DNA from: Halorutilales archaeon Cl-col2-1
GTDB taxonomy: Archaea > Halobacteriota > Halobacteria > Halobacteriales > Afararchaeaceae
Reading direction: 5' to 3'
Length of the DNA: 64,000 nucleotides
Assembly (NCBI GenBank): GCA_041891055.1
Contig: CP169074.1
Location: forward strand, 1,248,001-1,312,000
The notes beneath the pieces were generated by a model that did not search any database, was not told where the DNA came from, and saw only the letters and a program-made list of their open reading frames with translations. The position numbers and the translations under genes were made by a program. Below are positions 20,445 to 30,180 of the stretch, piece by piece (position 1 is the first letter of the stretch; each line of letters starts with the position of its first letter).

Positions 20445-21605
20445 CTACTCCGTCTCAGAGACCGGCTTACGGAGGGTCAAAACGAACTCAGCACCTCCCA
20501 AGTCGCTGTCTCCGACCTCGATGTCTCCGCCGTACCTCTCGACCATCCGCCTGGCGTAGCCGAGTCCTATTCCGGCTCCCTCACTGTCCTCGCCCGAGAA
20601 TCCCATCTCAAATATCCTGTCCTTGATAGAGTCAGAGACCCCGTGTCCGTCGTCAGAGATAATGACGGAGATCTCGTCGTCGGTCTTGTCTGTCGATAGA
20701 CGTACGTTTACGTCACCCTCGTTGTGGAAGCCGGCGTTAGTAACGAGGTTACTCAGGACTGACGAGAGCATGCCGTCGGCTACTACGGCTGTCTCGAAGT
20801 CGTCAGGATCGTACTCGACAGAGAGGTTTTCGTAGTCGTCGGCGTCGTCGACAGCCTCCTCGACCTGTTCGATGAGTGAAACCCGACGTGTCTCAGGCTC
20901 ATGTCGGGTTCCTCTCACAAGGCTGTGTGTCTTCGTGAGGACGTGGTCGGCGGACTCTACCGAGTCGAGGAGAGACCCGACCGAATCGTCGTCGGGATAT
21001 CTCTCGGACAGCCTGCGCGCGTGGCTCTCTATCGAGTCGAGCTTGTTACGCAGGTCGTGTCTCAGAAGTGCATCGTAGGTCTGTATGACTTCCTTCCGTC
21101 TCTCAAGCTCGTCCATCGACCTTATATTGCTTATCGCGGTTCCGGCATGCGAGGCAAGTATTTCGAGAAGGTGAACCCCCTCGCTCTCGTCGTCGAGGCT
21201 GGCACTCTCATATCCGTCTGTGTCGTCCTCGGAGACTGTCTCTATTACCCCGACTACGTCGTCAGCGACTGTGACCGGGACTGCTACGACCACCTCAGCG
21301 TCAGAGTAGACCGAGACGTCGATATCGTCGCCTGATACGACGACTGAGTCTTTCGTCTCGTAAGCCTCACTCGCGACGGCTTCGTGTTCGTCGCCCCTCT
21401 CGACACGGTCTGTCGTGGTGTCTACGACCCTCAGAGATCCATCAGTGGGCTCGACGTATGTCGTGTGTGTGAATCCTATTAGGTTCTCAGTAGCCTCTAT
21501 GCTCAGACTCACGACATCGTCCTCCGACGAGCTCTGGTTGAGAACCCTGGCGTAATGGTTGAGGTCGGCAACCTTGTTCTCGAACTCGGATCTGTGTTTC
21601 GACAT
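20445..21605 (-). CDS. GAF-domain sensor histidine kinase
   Basis: LRHDLRN H-box, NLVTNA, DDGHG, GAGIGL. ATG 21605 chosen because a TTATAA box lies about 28 nt upstream. Confidence 0.88.
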   Translation of the reverse strand: MSKHRSEFENKVADLNHYARVLNQSSSEDDVVSLSIEATENLIGFTHTTYVEPTDGSLRVVDTTTDRVERGDEHEAVASEAYETKDSVVVSGDDIDVSVYSDAEVVVAVPVTVADDVVGVIETVSEDDTDGYESASLDDESEGVHLLEILASHAGTAISNIRSMDELERRKEVIQTYDALLRHDLRNKLDSIESHARRLSERYPDDDSVGSLLDSVESADHVLTKTHSLVRGTRHEPETRRVSLIEQVEEAVDDADDYENLSVEYDPDDFETAVVADGMLSSVLSNLVTNAGFHNEGDVNVRLSTDKTDDEISVIISDDGHGVSDSIKDRIFEMGFSGEDSEGAGIGLGYARRMVERYGGDIEVGDSDLGGAEFVLTLRKPVSETE

Positions 21606-21687
21606 CTGGTCTTCGTACTTACGTGGAGGCACTTATAAAACAGGGTGGAAGCAAAATTCTTTTGCTCAAGAGGGGAGTCTCTCAGAT

Positions 21688-22314
21688 GTGAACGTACGTG
21701 TACGTGTGGTCGACTACGGTCTCGGGAACCTCAGAAGCGTCAGTAAGGGTCTCGAACGCGCGGGCGCAGACATCGAGATCACCGACAGTCCGGCTGAGAT
21801 AGACGAAGCCGACGCTCTCGTCCTCCCCGGAGTCGGCGCGTTCAGAGAGGGAATGGAGGAGTTGGAGAGGCTACGGGGAGCCGTCGAGGACGCAGCCGAC
21901 GACACCCCGATCCTGGGAATCTGTCTCGGGATGCAGATGCTTCTGACTGAGAGCGAGGAGGGGTCGGAGTCGGGGTCAGTCGAGGGTCTAGATCTCATAC
22001 CCGGAAGGGTGGTGCGTTTCCCAGACGACGTCGGTAAGATTCCCCACATGGGATGGAACAGCCTGAGAGTCGAGAGGAAACACCCGGTCGTCTCGGGGAT
22101 AGAAGACGGCTCTCACGTCTACTTCGTCCACTCGTACTACGCCGACGCGGGATCCGACTCTACTGTGGCTTCGACCGAGTACGGCGTCGAGTTCTCGTCT
22201 GTCGTGGCGAACGAGAGAGGGAACGTAGTCGGGACACAGTTCCATCCCGAGAAGAGCGGCGATGTGGGCCTCAGTATACTCAAGAACTTCGTCGAGTACT
22301 CCGAGGAGTACTGA
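21688..22314 (+). CDS. hisH: Imidazole glycerol phosphate synthase glutamine amidotransferase subunit
   Basis: VVDYGLGNLRSV, LPGVGAF, GICLGMQ, PHMGWN, YFVHSY, QFHPEKS. Confidence 0.96.
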   Translation: MNVRVRVVDYGLGNLRSVSKGLERAGADIEITDSPAEIDEADALVLPGVGAFREGMEELERLRGAVEDAADDTPILGICLGMQMLLTESEEGSESGSVEGLDLIPGRVVRFPDDVGKIPHMGWNSLRVERKHPVVSGIEDGSHVYFVHSYYADAGSDSTVASTEYGVEFSSVVANERGNVVGTQFHPEKSGDVGLSILKNFVEYSEEY

Positions 22315-22335
22315 GATCTCAGAGGTAGAACTGAA

Positions 22336-23820
22336 TTGACGGGGGAGACTGAGGGAGTCACCGTAACCGAGAGACGGACTGCGACCCTCGGGGTTCTTCT
22401 GGGAATCTTCCTCGCGGGAATAGAGGGAACTGTAGTGAGCACGGCGATGCCGACAGTCGTGAAGTCACTCGGAGGACTCGAACTCTACTCGTGGGTCTTC
22501 GCTTCCTACATGCTATTCGCGGCGGTCTCGATGCCCGTACTCGGGAAGCTGTCTGACATATACGGTAGGAAGAGGCTCTTCGTCGCGGGAGTTGTTGTCT
22601 TCGTCGCGGGAAGTGCCCTCTCGGGGCTTTCGAGGAGCATGACACAGCTTATACTCTTTAGATGCCTCCAGGGGATAGGCGGCGGGGCGATGTTCTCGAT
22701 ACCCTACACGATCTTCGGTGTGATATACCCGCCCGAGAAGAGGGGGAATGCGATAGGATACGGCAGCGCAGTATGGGGAATTTCGAGCGTGATAGGTCCC
22801 CTTCTTGGATACGGCGTTGTGACCTACCTCGGATGGCGGTGGGTCTTCTACCTCAGTCTTCCCGTGGGTGCTGCGGCGATAGCCCTCGTGTCGTACTCGC
22901 TCGAAGAGACAACAGGGGAGGCTGAGTCGGTCGACTACCCGGGGGCTTTCGCCCTCGTTGTCGGGGTCGGATCGTTCCTACTTGGACTCGAGTTCGTGGG
23001 GAGCGGAGCCGAAGCGGATGTCGGCGGAATCTCGGTGGGACTCCTAGGTGTCTCAGTCGTCTCGGTAGCCGGATTCTACTTAGCCGAGAAGAGAGCGCGT
23101 GAGCCGCTTCTATCGCTATCACTCTTCTCAGACGGCGTCTTCGTGGCGACGAACACCGTAGCGTTTCTGACGAGCTTCACAGTCTTCGCCGCGATAGCAT
23201 ACGTACCTCTCTTCGTACAGAGCATGAGGGGAGGGGCGGGAAGCGCGGCACTCGCAGTCTTTCCTATCTCACTCGGCTGGTCGGGGACGAGCGTCTTAGC
23301 GGGAAGGCTCGTCAGCCGCGTGGGGGAGAGACGTCTTGCGACGTTCGGTGGAGTGGTCATGACGGTCGGCTTCGCGGGAGCGTCTTTCTGGAGCATCGAC
23401 ACGTCACTGCCCGTCGTGATGGCGACTGTCTTCGTAATGGGCGTCGGTATGGGAAGCATCACGGTTCCTCTCCTCACGTCGATACAGAACCATCTCGGGA
23501 AGGAGAAGATGGGTCTGGCGACTTCGTCACAGCAGTTCTTCAGGAACCTCGGCGGAACTGTGGGAGTCTCAGTCCTCGGATTCGTAATGACTCTCACAAT
23601 GCGTGACAGCCTTCAATCCGTCGAGGGTGTCTCGGGGATCGGCGAGATACAGCGTCTCCTTCTCGGAAACGGCTCGCCTCCCGACGAGGTGGTTCCCATA
23701 CTTACTCAGAGCCTCGTGAGGGTCTTCACAGTCTCAGTGGTAATCTGTGTCATTGCGGTCGTCGTGGCGAGAAGACTCCCCGTCGACTCAGTCAGGGGAG
23801 AGTCCGACGAAAGTAGGTAG
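22336..23820 (+). CDS. MFS drug:H+ antiporter (DHA2-like, 14 TM)
   Basis: GKLSDIYGRK motif A; GPLLG..WRWVF; FRNLGGTVG. Confidence 0.9.
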   Translation: MTGETEGVTVTERRTATLGVLLGIFLAGIEGTVVSTAMPTVVKSLGGLELYSWVFASYMLFAAVSMPVLGKLSDIYGRKRLFVAGVVVFVAGSALSGLSRSMTQLILFRCLQGIGGGAMFSIPYTIFGVIYPPEKRGNAIGYGSAVWGISSVIGPLLGYGVVTYLGWRWVFYLSLPVGAAAIALVSYSLEETTGEAESVDYPGAFALVVGVGSFLLGLEFVGSGAEADVGGISVGLLGVSVVSVAGFYLAEKRAREPLLSLSLFSDGVFVATNTVAFLTSFTVFAAIAYVPLFVQSMRGGAGSAALAVFPISLGWSGTSVLAGRLVSRVGERRLATFGGVVMTVGFAGASFWSIDTSLPVVMATVFVMGVGMGSITVPLLTSIQNHLGKEKMGLATSSQQFFRNLGGTVGVSVLGFVMTLTMRDSLQSVEGVSGIGEIQRLLLGNGSPPDEVVPILTQSLVRVFTVSVVICVIAVVVARRLPVDSVRGESDESR

Positions 23821-23848
23821 TAGAAGAAGGACTAAAGACAGTCCTAGG

Positions 23849-24736
23849 ATGTCACACAGACTCAGATTCCACATAGTAGACGTCTTCGCCGAGAGAAAGT
23901 ACTCGGGAAACCAGCTTGCGGTGGTCAAGGACGACGGGTCGCTCTCCGACGACGATATGCAACGTATCGCTCGGGAGTTCGGATACTCCGAGACGACATT
24001 TATCGAGTCCGACGTCAAGGACGGAGCGTACGACGTCCGTATATTCACACCCGAGGAGGAGATTCCCTTTGCGGGACATCCGACGCTCGGGACGGCTCAC
24101 GTGATACGGGAGGGGGTGGAAGAGAAGCCTCAAACTGAAACCCTTCTGAACCTCGGGGTCGGCGAGATACGGGTCGACGCAGAGTTCGAGGACGGAAACG
24201 AGATCCTCTGGATGTCTCAGAAATCGCCCGACTTCGGACGTGAGTTCAGAAGAGAGGAAGCCGCCGAGGCTCTGGGTTTGAACTCAGACGAGATAGACAA
24301 CAGTTATCCCGTCGAGTACGTGTCGACTGGTCTTCCGACTGTGGTAGTCCCACTGCGGAGCATCGACGCCCTAAAGCGAGTATCCGTGAACCGCACCGCC
24401 TACGACAGCTTCGTCTCAGGACACGACGCTAAGAACATACTCGCTTTCTGTCCCGAGACCCGGAGTGACGAGAACGACGTCTCCGTGCGTGTCTTCGCGC
24501 CGTTCTACGGCGTTCCGGAGGATCCCGCTACGGGAAGCTCAAACGGCTGTCTCGCGGGATATCTACTTCGTCATAACTACTTCGGGAGTGAAATCATAGA
24601 CGTCCGTGTGGAACAGGGACACGAGATACAGCGTCCATCACTACTACGTCTGCGTAGTTCTGTGAGCCAGGACGGAATAGAGGTAAGAGTTGGTGGACAG
24701 ACAGTTACGGTCGCAGAGGGAGAGCTTTTAGTTTAG
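23849..24736 (+). CDS. PhzF family isomerase
   Basis: VDVFA..GNQLAV, SETTF, EIPFAGHPTLG, EDPATGS. Confidence 0.92.
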   Translation: MSHRLRFHIVDVFAERKYSGNQLAVVKDDGSLSDDDMQRIAREFGYSETTFIESDVKDGAYDVRIFTPEEEIPFAGHPTLGTAHVIREGVEEKPQTETLLNLGVGEIRVDAEFEDGNEILWMSQKSPDFGREFRREEAAEALGLNSDEIDNSYPVEYVSTGLPTVVVPLRSIDALKRVSVNRTAYDSFVSGHDAKNILAFCPETRSDENDVSVRVFAPFYGVPEDPATGSSNGCLAGYLLRHNYFGSEIIDVRVEQGHEIQRPSLLRLRSSVSQDGIEVRVGGQTVTVAEGELLV

Positions 24737-24746
24737 GTGGGTGAGA

Positions 24747-25238
24747 ATGGAGAAGATCAACCAGGACGACGTCGACTGGAAGGATTACGAAAACGGTGAG
24801 TCGGAGTTCCGCAGAAAAGAGCTATCGAACTCAGTCGAGTCTGAGAAACTAGGGTGTAGCCTATACGAACTTCCTCCAGGGAAACAGTCTTGGCCCTACC
24901 ATTACCATACTGCGAATGAGGAGGCTATCTTCGTTTTAGAGGGAGAGGGACAGCTTCGTGCCGAGGGTGGGAAGCACTCGTTGGAGAAGGGTGACTTCGT
25001 GACACTTCCAGCTAATAGTAGTGGTGGACATACTGTATTCAACGACAGCGACCGGAAAATACGGTACTTGATGGTGTCCACGATGAACGAGCCCGACGTG
25101 ACTGTGTACCCAAAGATGGAGAAGCTGGGTATTTTCGTGGGCGATCCACCCGGAGGTAGGAGTGAGGACGGGCGCGATCTCCACGGCTTCTATAAGATCG
25201 ACGACGACGTCAGTTACTGGGGCGAAGATGGGGACTGA
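24747..25238 (+). CDS. Cupin domain protein
   Basis: PYHYHTANEEAIFVLEGEG...H cupin motifs. Confidence 0.88.
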   Translation: MEKINQDDVDWKDYENGESEFRRKELSNSVESEKLGCSLYELPPGKQSWPYHYHTANEEAIFVLEGEGQLRAEGGKHSLEKGDFVTLPANSSGGHTVFNDSDRKIRYLMVSTMNEPDVTVYPKMEKLGIFVGDPPGGRSEDGRDLHGFYKIDDDVSYWGEDGD

Positions 25239-25319
25239 TACTCAAGGACAGAGCCACCGGGTCGAATAGGAGTACTACATCTATAAATGTCGTCGGCTCC
25301 AGTCTCAGTATCAGTAGTG

Positions 25320-26198
25320 ATGAGTGAATCCAAGCCCGAGGAGATAGCCCAGGTTAAGACGTCACTCTCGGACAAGACAGCCGTAGTCACCGGATCGACG
25401 AGGGGAATAGGACGTGAGACGGCTCTCAGCCTCGGACGTCTCGGGGCGGACGTCGTAGTTCACGGAAGGGACAGCGAGAGGGGAAAAGAAGTCGTCGACT
25501 CGGTCGGCGCGCTCGACAACGGAGCGTCGGCGGAGTTCGTGAGAGCCGACTTCTCGGAGGCATCGGAGGTCAAGTCCTTCGCCGAAGAACTGCGTAAATA
25601 TGGCTGCGTCGACATACTCGTCAACAACGCCGGAGGCTACTTCCGCGACGCCGAAACGGTCGACTGGAGAGGTACTCAGGTCAGCCGTACAGTCGCAGTC
25701 AACCATCTCGCTCCCTTCGTGGTAGTCGCCGAGCTATCGGAGAGTATAGAAGGTCGTGTCATCAACACGGCGTCTGAGGCACACAGGGACGCAAGCCTCA
25801 ATGTCTCGAAGTTCGAGTCCCCCGAAGCAGGATGGTCGGCGTACTGCCGTTCGAAGCTCGCAAACGTGCTCTTCACGAGGAGTCTTGACAGACGCATCGA
25901 AGACTTGGGTGTCTACTCAGCACATCCTGGAGTCGTGCTCGGAAGTGGTCTCTGGAGGGCATTCCCCTCAGTACTACGGAGAGGTGCTAAGATACTATCG
26001 CCTCTCTTCGACTCGCCGGAGAATGCAGCCTCAAACCTCGTGTATCTCGCGGCGAAGGAAGACGTTCCCGACGGCTATTACTTCAAAAACAGAAAGCCGT
26101 CGAAGCCATCACGCGAAGCCCGGAGCGACGAGAACGCAAGACAGCTCTGGGAGTGGAGCCGCGAACTAACCCAAAAGGGGACGGATAATACCTCGTGA
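25320..26198 (+). CDS. Short-chain dehydrogenase/reductase
   Basis: TGSTRGIG, NNAG, YCRSK, HPG. Confidence 0.9.
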   Translation: MSESKPEEIAQVKTSLSDKTAVVTGSTRGIGRETALSLGRLGADVVVHGRDSERGKEVVDSVGALDNGASAEFVRADFSEASEVKSFAEELRKYGCVDILVNNAGGYFRDAETVDWRGTQVSRTVAVNHLAPFVVVAELSESIEGRVINTASEAHRDASLNVSKFESPEAGWSAYCRSKLANVLFTRSLDRRIEDLGVYSAHPGVVLGSGLWRAFPSVLRRGAKILSPLFDSPENAASNLVYLAAKEDVPDGYYFKNRKPSKPSREARSDENARQLWEWSRELTQKGTDNTS

Positions 26199-26237
26199 TC
26201 CAGAAATGCTTTCAGCAACTAAGCCTGATTCTCCAAC

Positions 26238-26702
26238 ATGGAGTTCAGCATAGACGGTCCTTCTGGAAGATTACAGACGGTCTTACTGCTTCTACTCGGG
26301 ATTGCGTCAGTGGGATACGGAGCGTACAGCTACAACGTCCAGTCGTCGGCTCTCGACTCAGGGGTGGAGGTCGAAGCGACTCTAAACTCGACCTCGGTGG
26401 AGGAGGTGTCACAGAGACGGGGTGTGGGCTACGTTCCCCGTGCGACCTTGACTTACAGATACGACGGCAAGGAGTACAGTTCTTCGAATGTATACCCCGG
26501 GGAGCTACCCAGGGAGTTCGATACCGAGGACGCCGCCGAGTCCGTCCTCGACGGATATGATACGGGAGACACGGTGACAGCGTACGTTCCGCCTGAGTCG
26601 CCCGACGACGCCTACATCAAGCACGAGAGCAGTAATAAGCCGTTTCTGATAATCGGCATCGGCGTCTTGTTCGTCGTGGGAGGAGTCCGGTCATTTCTTT
26701 AG
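26238..26702 (+). CDS. DUF3592-like membrane protein
   Basis: Two terminal TM helices around Y.P...Y.Y.YDG..Y and GDTVTAYV.P. Confidence 0.75.
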   Translation: MEFSIDGPSGRLQTVLLLLLGIASVGYGAYSYNVQSSALDSGVEVEATLNSTSVEEVSQRRGVGYVPRATLTYRYDGKEYSSSNVYPGELPREFDTEDAAESVLDGYDTGDTVTAYVPPESPDDAYIKHESSNKPFLIIGIGVLFVVGGVRSFL

Positions 26703-27670
26703 CTACTTCCGTCTGTCGGTAGGTTAGGGTCGAACTCAAACTCGGGTAGTCTCTCCTCTATCACGTCACGCCTGTCTTCGAGCCAGTCGGGAAGCACGAG
26801 CCGGCTTCCGAGACTCTTGACGTCCTCGTCGACTGTGAATCCGGGGTCCTCGGTTGCGACCTCGAAGAGAATCCCGCCCGGCTCACGGCAGTATATCGAG
26901 TTGAAGTACTTCCGATCCACTTTACGAGTCACGTTTAGACCGTGGTCAGCAAAGGCGTCGCGGAACTCTTCGAGCTCTCCGTCGTCGGATGCTCTGAAAG
27001 CGACGTGCTGAACCACTCCGATACCCATACGTCCGCTTTCGTCGTCGGTTTCGACGACGTCTACTACCGACCCCATTCCGTCGTCTTGTGTTGAGTAACG
27101 CCGTCTACCTCCGGACTCGTCTTCGAGTGAGTAACCCAGTACGTCGGTGAGAACCGAGACGGTCGGGCCGAACTCCTCGACCGCGAGAGTTACACTGTGG
27201 AAGCCACGTAGCTGGTGTTCGACGGGTACAGGACTCCCCTCCCACGGCTCGGCGTCGGTCTCCGTATCGCTGGCGACGAGTTCGAGACTGACACCGTCGG
27301 GGTCGGTGAAGCCGAGAACCGGATCACCGAATCTTTCGATATGGTCGACTTTCACCCCCTTAGATTCGAGACGTTCCTCCCAGTAGCCGACTGAGTCCGA
27401 CGGTATCACGTAGGCGACCGTCTCAGCCTGTCCCGCTCCATTCCTACCAGGGAGTCGGTTAGCTAAGAGAGGAAAGAAACTGATGTTGGTTCCGGGTGTA
27501 CCCTTTCGGTCACCGAAGTAGAAGTGGTAGATGTCGGTGTCGTCGTGGTTCACGGTGCGTTTGACGAAACGGAGTCCGACTATGTTGACGTAGAACTCTG
27601 CGTTGGGTTCGGGATCACCTGCTGTCACTGTCACGTGGTGAAGACCCGATGTCGTGGGTTTGGATGTCAC
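26699..27670 (-). CDS. Ring-cleaving dioxygenase (VOC family)
   Basis: GLHHVT, VKRTVNHDD, HSVTL, HVAF, DRKYFNSIY.REPGGILFE. Confidence 0.92.
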   Translation of the reverse strand: MTSKPTTSGLHHVTVTAGDPEPNAEFYVNIVGLRFVKRTVNHDDTDIYHFYFGDRKGTPGTNISFFPLLANRLPGRNGAGQAETVAYVIPSDSVGYWEERLESKGVKVDHIERFGDPVLGFTDPDGVSLELVASDTETDAEPWEGSPVPVEHQLRGFHSVTLAVEEFGPTVSVLTDVLGYSLEDESGGRRRYSTQDDGMGSVVDVVETDDESGRMGIGVVQHVAFRASDDGELEEFRDAFADHGLNVTRKVDRKYFNSIYCREPGGILFEVATEDPGFTVDEDVKSLGSRLVLPDWLEDRRDVIEERLPEFEFDPNLPTDGSS

Positions 27671-27721
27671 GGACTGTGTACAGACCGTAAGAGTATCCGT
27701 CTTGTGGACACCGGAGAGAGG

Positions 27722-29698
27722 TCAATACTTGTCCGCAGCCTGAAGCTCAACGACAAAGACAGTACCCTCACCGTCGGGGGCGTCGGGGTTGTCCTCGACC
27801 CAGACATCGCCGCCGTAGCTCTCGACGAGTGTATTGACGAGATAAAGACCGACACCCGTACCCTCGCTTTCGAGTCCTTTCTCGCCTTTTCCGAACACCT
27901 CTTGTTTCCTGCCGTCGGGGATACCTGGACCGTTATCGGCGACACATACGATGATTCTACCGCCCACGTTGTCGATCTCTGCTGAGACCTCGACCCTCGG
28001 AGTCGGCTTGTCGTTGTGCTGTACGGCGTTGTTGAGGAGATTCCTGAAGACAGTCGAGAGGAGATCGTTCGCCCTGACGTCGACATCGGGTATATCATCC
28101 ACTCGGATCTCGGCGTCGGAGTGTCTTTCGGAGGCTTTCCTGACGGAGTCCTCGACCGAGTCGGATAATCTAACGGCTTTAAGCTCTACGTCGTTACCTC
28201 TCTCTATTGCCTCGACGAAGTCACGTGCGGTTCTCGTGAGATCGACGACGTGCTGACTAGCGTCGAGAACCGTGTCGAGGTACTCCTCGCCTTCGTCGTC
28301 GACGTGGTCTCTGAGCTTACTTCCCCATCCGAGGACTTTGTTCATGTCGTTACGTATGTCGTGTCTCACTATCCGGTTGAGAAGGGCTAACTGATCCTTC
28401 TCAGTCCTTATCCTCTCCCTTGCCTCGATGGTATACAGACCTATGGAGACGTTATGGGCGATCTCCTCGACGACACGTCTCTCGTTCTTGGATATCCCCG
28501 ACGGGAGATGTAAGGTCATTATACCGTATGCCGTGTCCCTGTACTCAAGCGCGAGGGCTATCGCTCCGTGACCCTCCCTTTCGGAGTCGTGCTGTTGGTA
28601 CGGGGGACGAGTGATATCGTCGATTGTGAGAGTTCCCGAGTCGAGAACCTCATCTATGTACTCCTCGGTGTGGATCTCACGCCATCTTCTCTCGCTCTCT
28701 GTCTCGGAGTCGGCTATGCTCCCGGCGTTGTAGATCTCGGTCACTTGATTGTCGTCATCGAGAATTGCGATCGCTGTACAGCCGTATCTGTATCCCTTCT
28801 CGCTCCTCGACGCGAGGGTGTCACGCACGGTATCGAAGACATCCTTTCGGCTGTCAGCGTCGAGTATCCCCTTAGTTATGTCACGAACCGAGTTGAGCAT
28901 CGTCCTCAGCTTCCTCTGTTCGGTGACGTCCTGTACGGTACCCAGAATTCTTGCGGGCTCGCCGTCCTCGTGCTTCAGATTGCTTCTCTGATGTATAATA
29001 CGCACCTCGTCGTCGTTACCCGCTCCACCGCAGTTCCGGAGTATACGGTAGTTCGTCTCGTGGTATCCCTTCTCGACTGTCTCGTCGATCTCGTCCCCCA
29101 TCCTCCCCCGGTCATCGGGATGGACACAGCTACGTATCGTGTCGTAATTTTCGACCAAGGAGTTCCTTAGACCAAGTATCATCTGAGCCTGCTCCGAGAG
29201 TTCGATCCTTCCCGAGTCGAGGTCGAGAGACCAGTATCCGATGTCGGCTACTTCCTGTGCCTCCCTGAGACGGTCACGAGCACGTGACAGGTCCCGGTTC
29301 TTCTGTCCCAGATTGAGCGACAGACGACGGTTCCGTAGGAGGTTCCGGATACGCGCGTCGAGCTGTTTCTTGTCGACAGGTATCTCGACGACATCGTCGA
29401 CTGTCTCCCAGACACCGGGGGGAACCTCTTCCCTCTCACGTTTGACCAGGAGATAGGGGAGAAAGACGGGCTCCTCCGACTCCTTCTTCTCTCTCAGACG
29501 TGAGGCTCTGTGCTCGAAGGTTGAGACATCGAGTATAACCAAGTCGAGATCCGACTGTATGTCAGAGTCAGTTCTGACGTTGTGATCCGTCTGAAGCTCG
29601 TCACGGAGTAGATCTATGTCGGACTTGTTCCTCAGAAGAAGTAGTATATCGGAAGTCGGAGATCTACCTGTCTGAGAAGAGACGCGCTCCTCAACCAT
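27722..29698 (-). CDS. PAS/GAF sensor histidine kinase
   Basis: Receiver-like N-terminus, PAS (VHPDDR...GTVQDVT), GAF, RHDIRN, NAVQHN, DNGPG, GTGVGL. Confidence 0.9.
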   Translation of the reverse strand: MVEERVSSQTGRSPTSDILLLLRNKSDIDLLRDELQTDHNVRTDSDIQSDLDLVILDVSTFEHRASRLREKKESEEPVFLPYLLVKREREEVPPGVWETVDDVVEIPVDKKQLDARIRNLLRNRRLSLNLGQKNRDLSRARDRLREAQEVADIGYWSLDLDSGRIELSEQAQMILGLRNSLVENYDTIRSCVHPDDRGRMGDEIDETVEKGYHETNYRILRNCGGAGNDDEVRIIHQRSNLKHEDGEPARILGTVQDVTEQRKLRTMLNSVRDITKGILDADSRKDVFDTVRDTLASRSEKGYRYGCTAIAILDDDNQVTEIYNAGSIADSETESERRWREIHTEEYIDEVLDSGTLTIDDITRPPYQQHDSEREGHGAIALALEYRDTAYGIMTLHLPSGISKNERRVVEEIAHNVSIGLYTIEARERIRTEKDQLALLNRIVRHDIRNDMNKVLGWGSKLRDHVDDEGEEYLDTVLDASQHVVDLTRTARDFVEAIERGNDVELKAVRLSDSVEDSVRKASERHSDAEIRVDDIPDVDVRANDLLSTVFRNLLNNAVQHNDKPTPRVEVSAEIDNVGGRIIVCVADNGPGIPDGRKQEVFGKGEKGLESEGTGVGLYLVNTLVESYGGDVWVEDNPDAPDGEGTVFVVELQAADKY

Positions 29699-29770
29699 CT
29701 ACTATTAACCCAGATCACAGGCATATATGAGTTGTGATTCCTGTACAGTTTACCCCAAAATACAGATGGA

Positions 29771-29909
29771 TAATCAAAGATTAGCGAACGTTACGAGAGC
29801 TTTGCTCTCGCTGGCTCGGAAATCGAAGATTTGCTTGCACGCTAATCAGAGATTAGCGAACGTCCCGAGATCTACGATTCTGTTCTATGCAAATTTCAGA
29901 GAAATTTGC
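29771..29909. repeat. Array of five triloop mini-hairpins (same family as 14763-14850)
   Basis: TAATC-AAA-GATTA, CGAGAGC-TTT-GCTCTCG, AAATC-GAA-GATTT, GCTAATC-AGA-GATTAGC, GCAAATTTC-AGA-GAAATTTGC. Confidence 0.9.
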
Positions 29910-29947
29910 TCCGTCAGGGATTTGAACCCTGGTCATTGCCTCGAGAG
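29907..29947 (-). other. 3' half of tRNA-Glu(CTC): att site at the island boundary
   Basis: Minus strand CTCTCGA-GGCAATGACCAGGGTTCAAATCCCTGACGGAGCA gives anticodon loop, T-arm and acceptor 3' strand. The 5' half is absent and GC content drops to the right. Confidence 0.88.
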
Positions 29948-30180
29948 TCCGCCGAGTCTCGCGTAACTCTAACCTACTTTTCGGACATGACTTCTCTGAA
30001 TCCATGTCTTCTACTGGTGTCTATCAACCTATGACATCCCTATATAACCACCCTAACTACATAAAAACCCGGAACGTTGCCCCAGAAGGCAACTTGGATT
30101 GGATTTAACGTGTATACCGAATAGCGGGTGAAGAAAAATGACCCAAAAATTATTATTCGATTCTATCTCTGATTTGTGTA

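Noticed and set aside
29907-29990. Complete or intron-containing tRNA-Glu gene
   Set aside because: No 5' anticodon stem, D-arm or 5' acceptor strand follows. It is only the 3' half.
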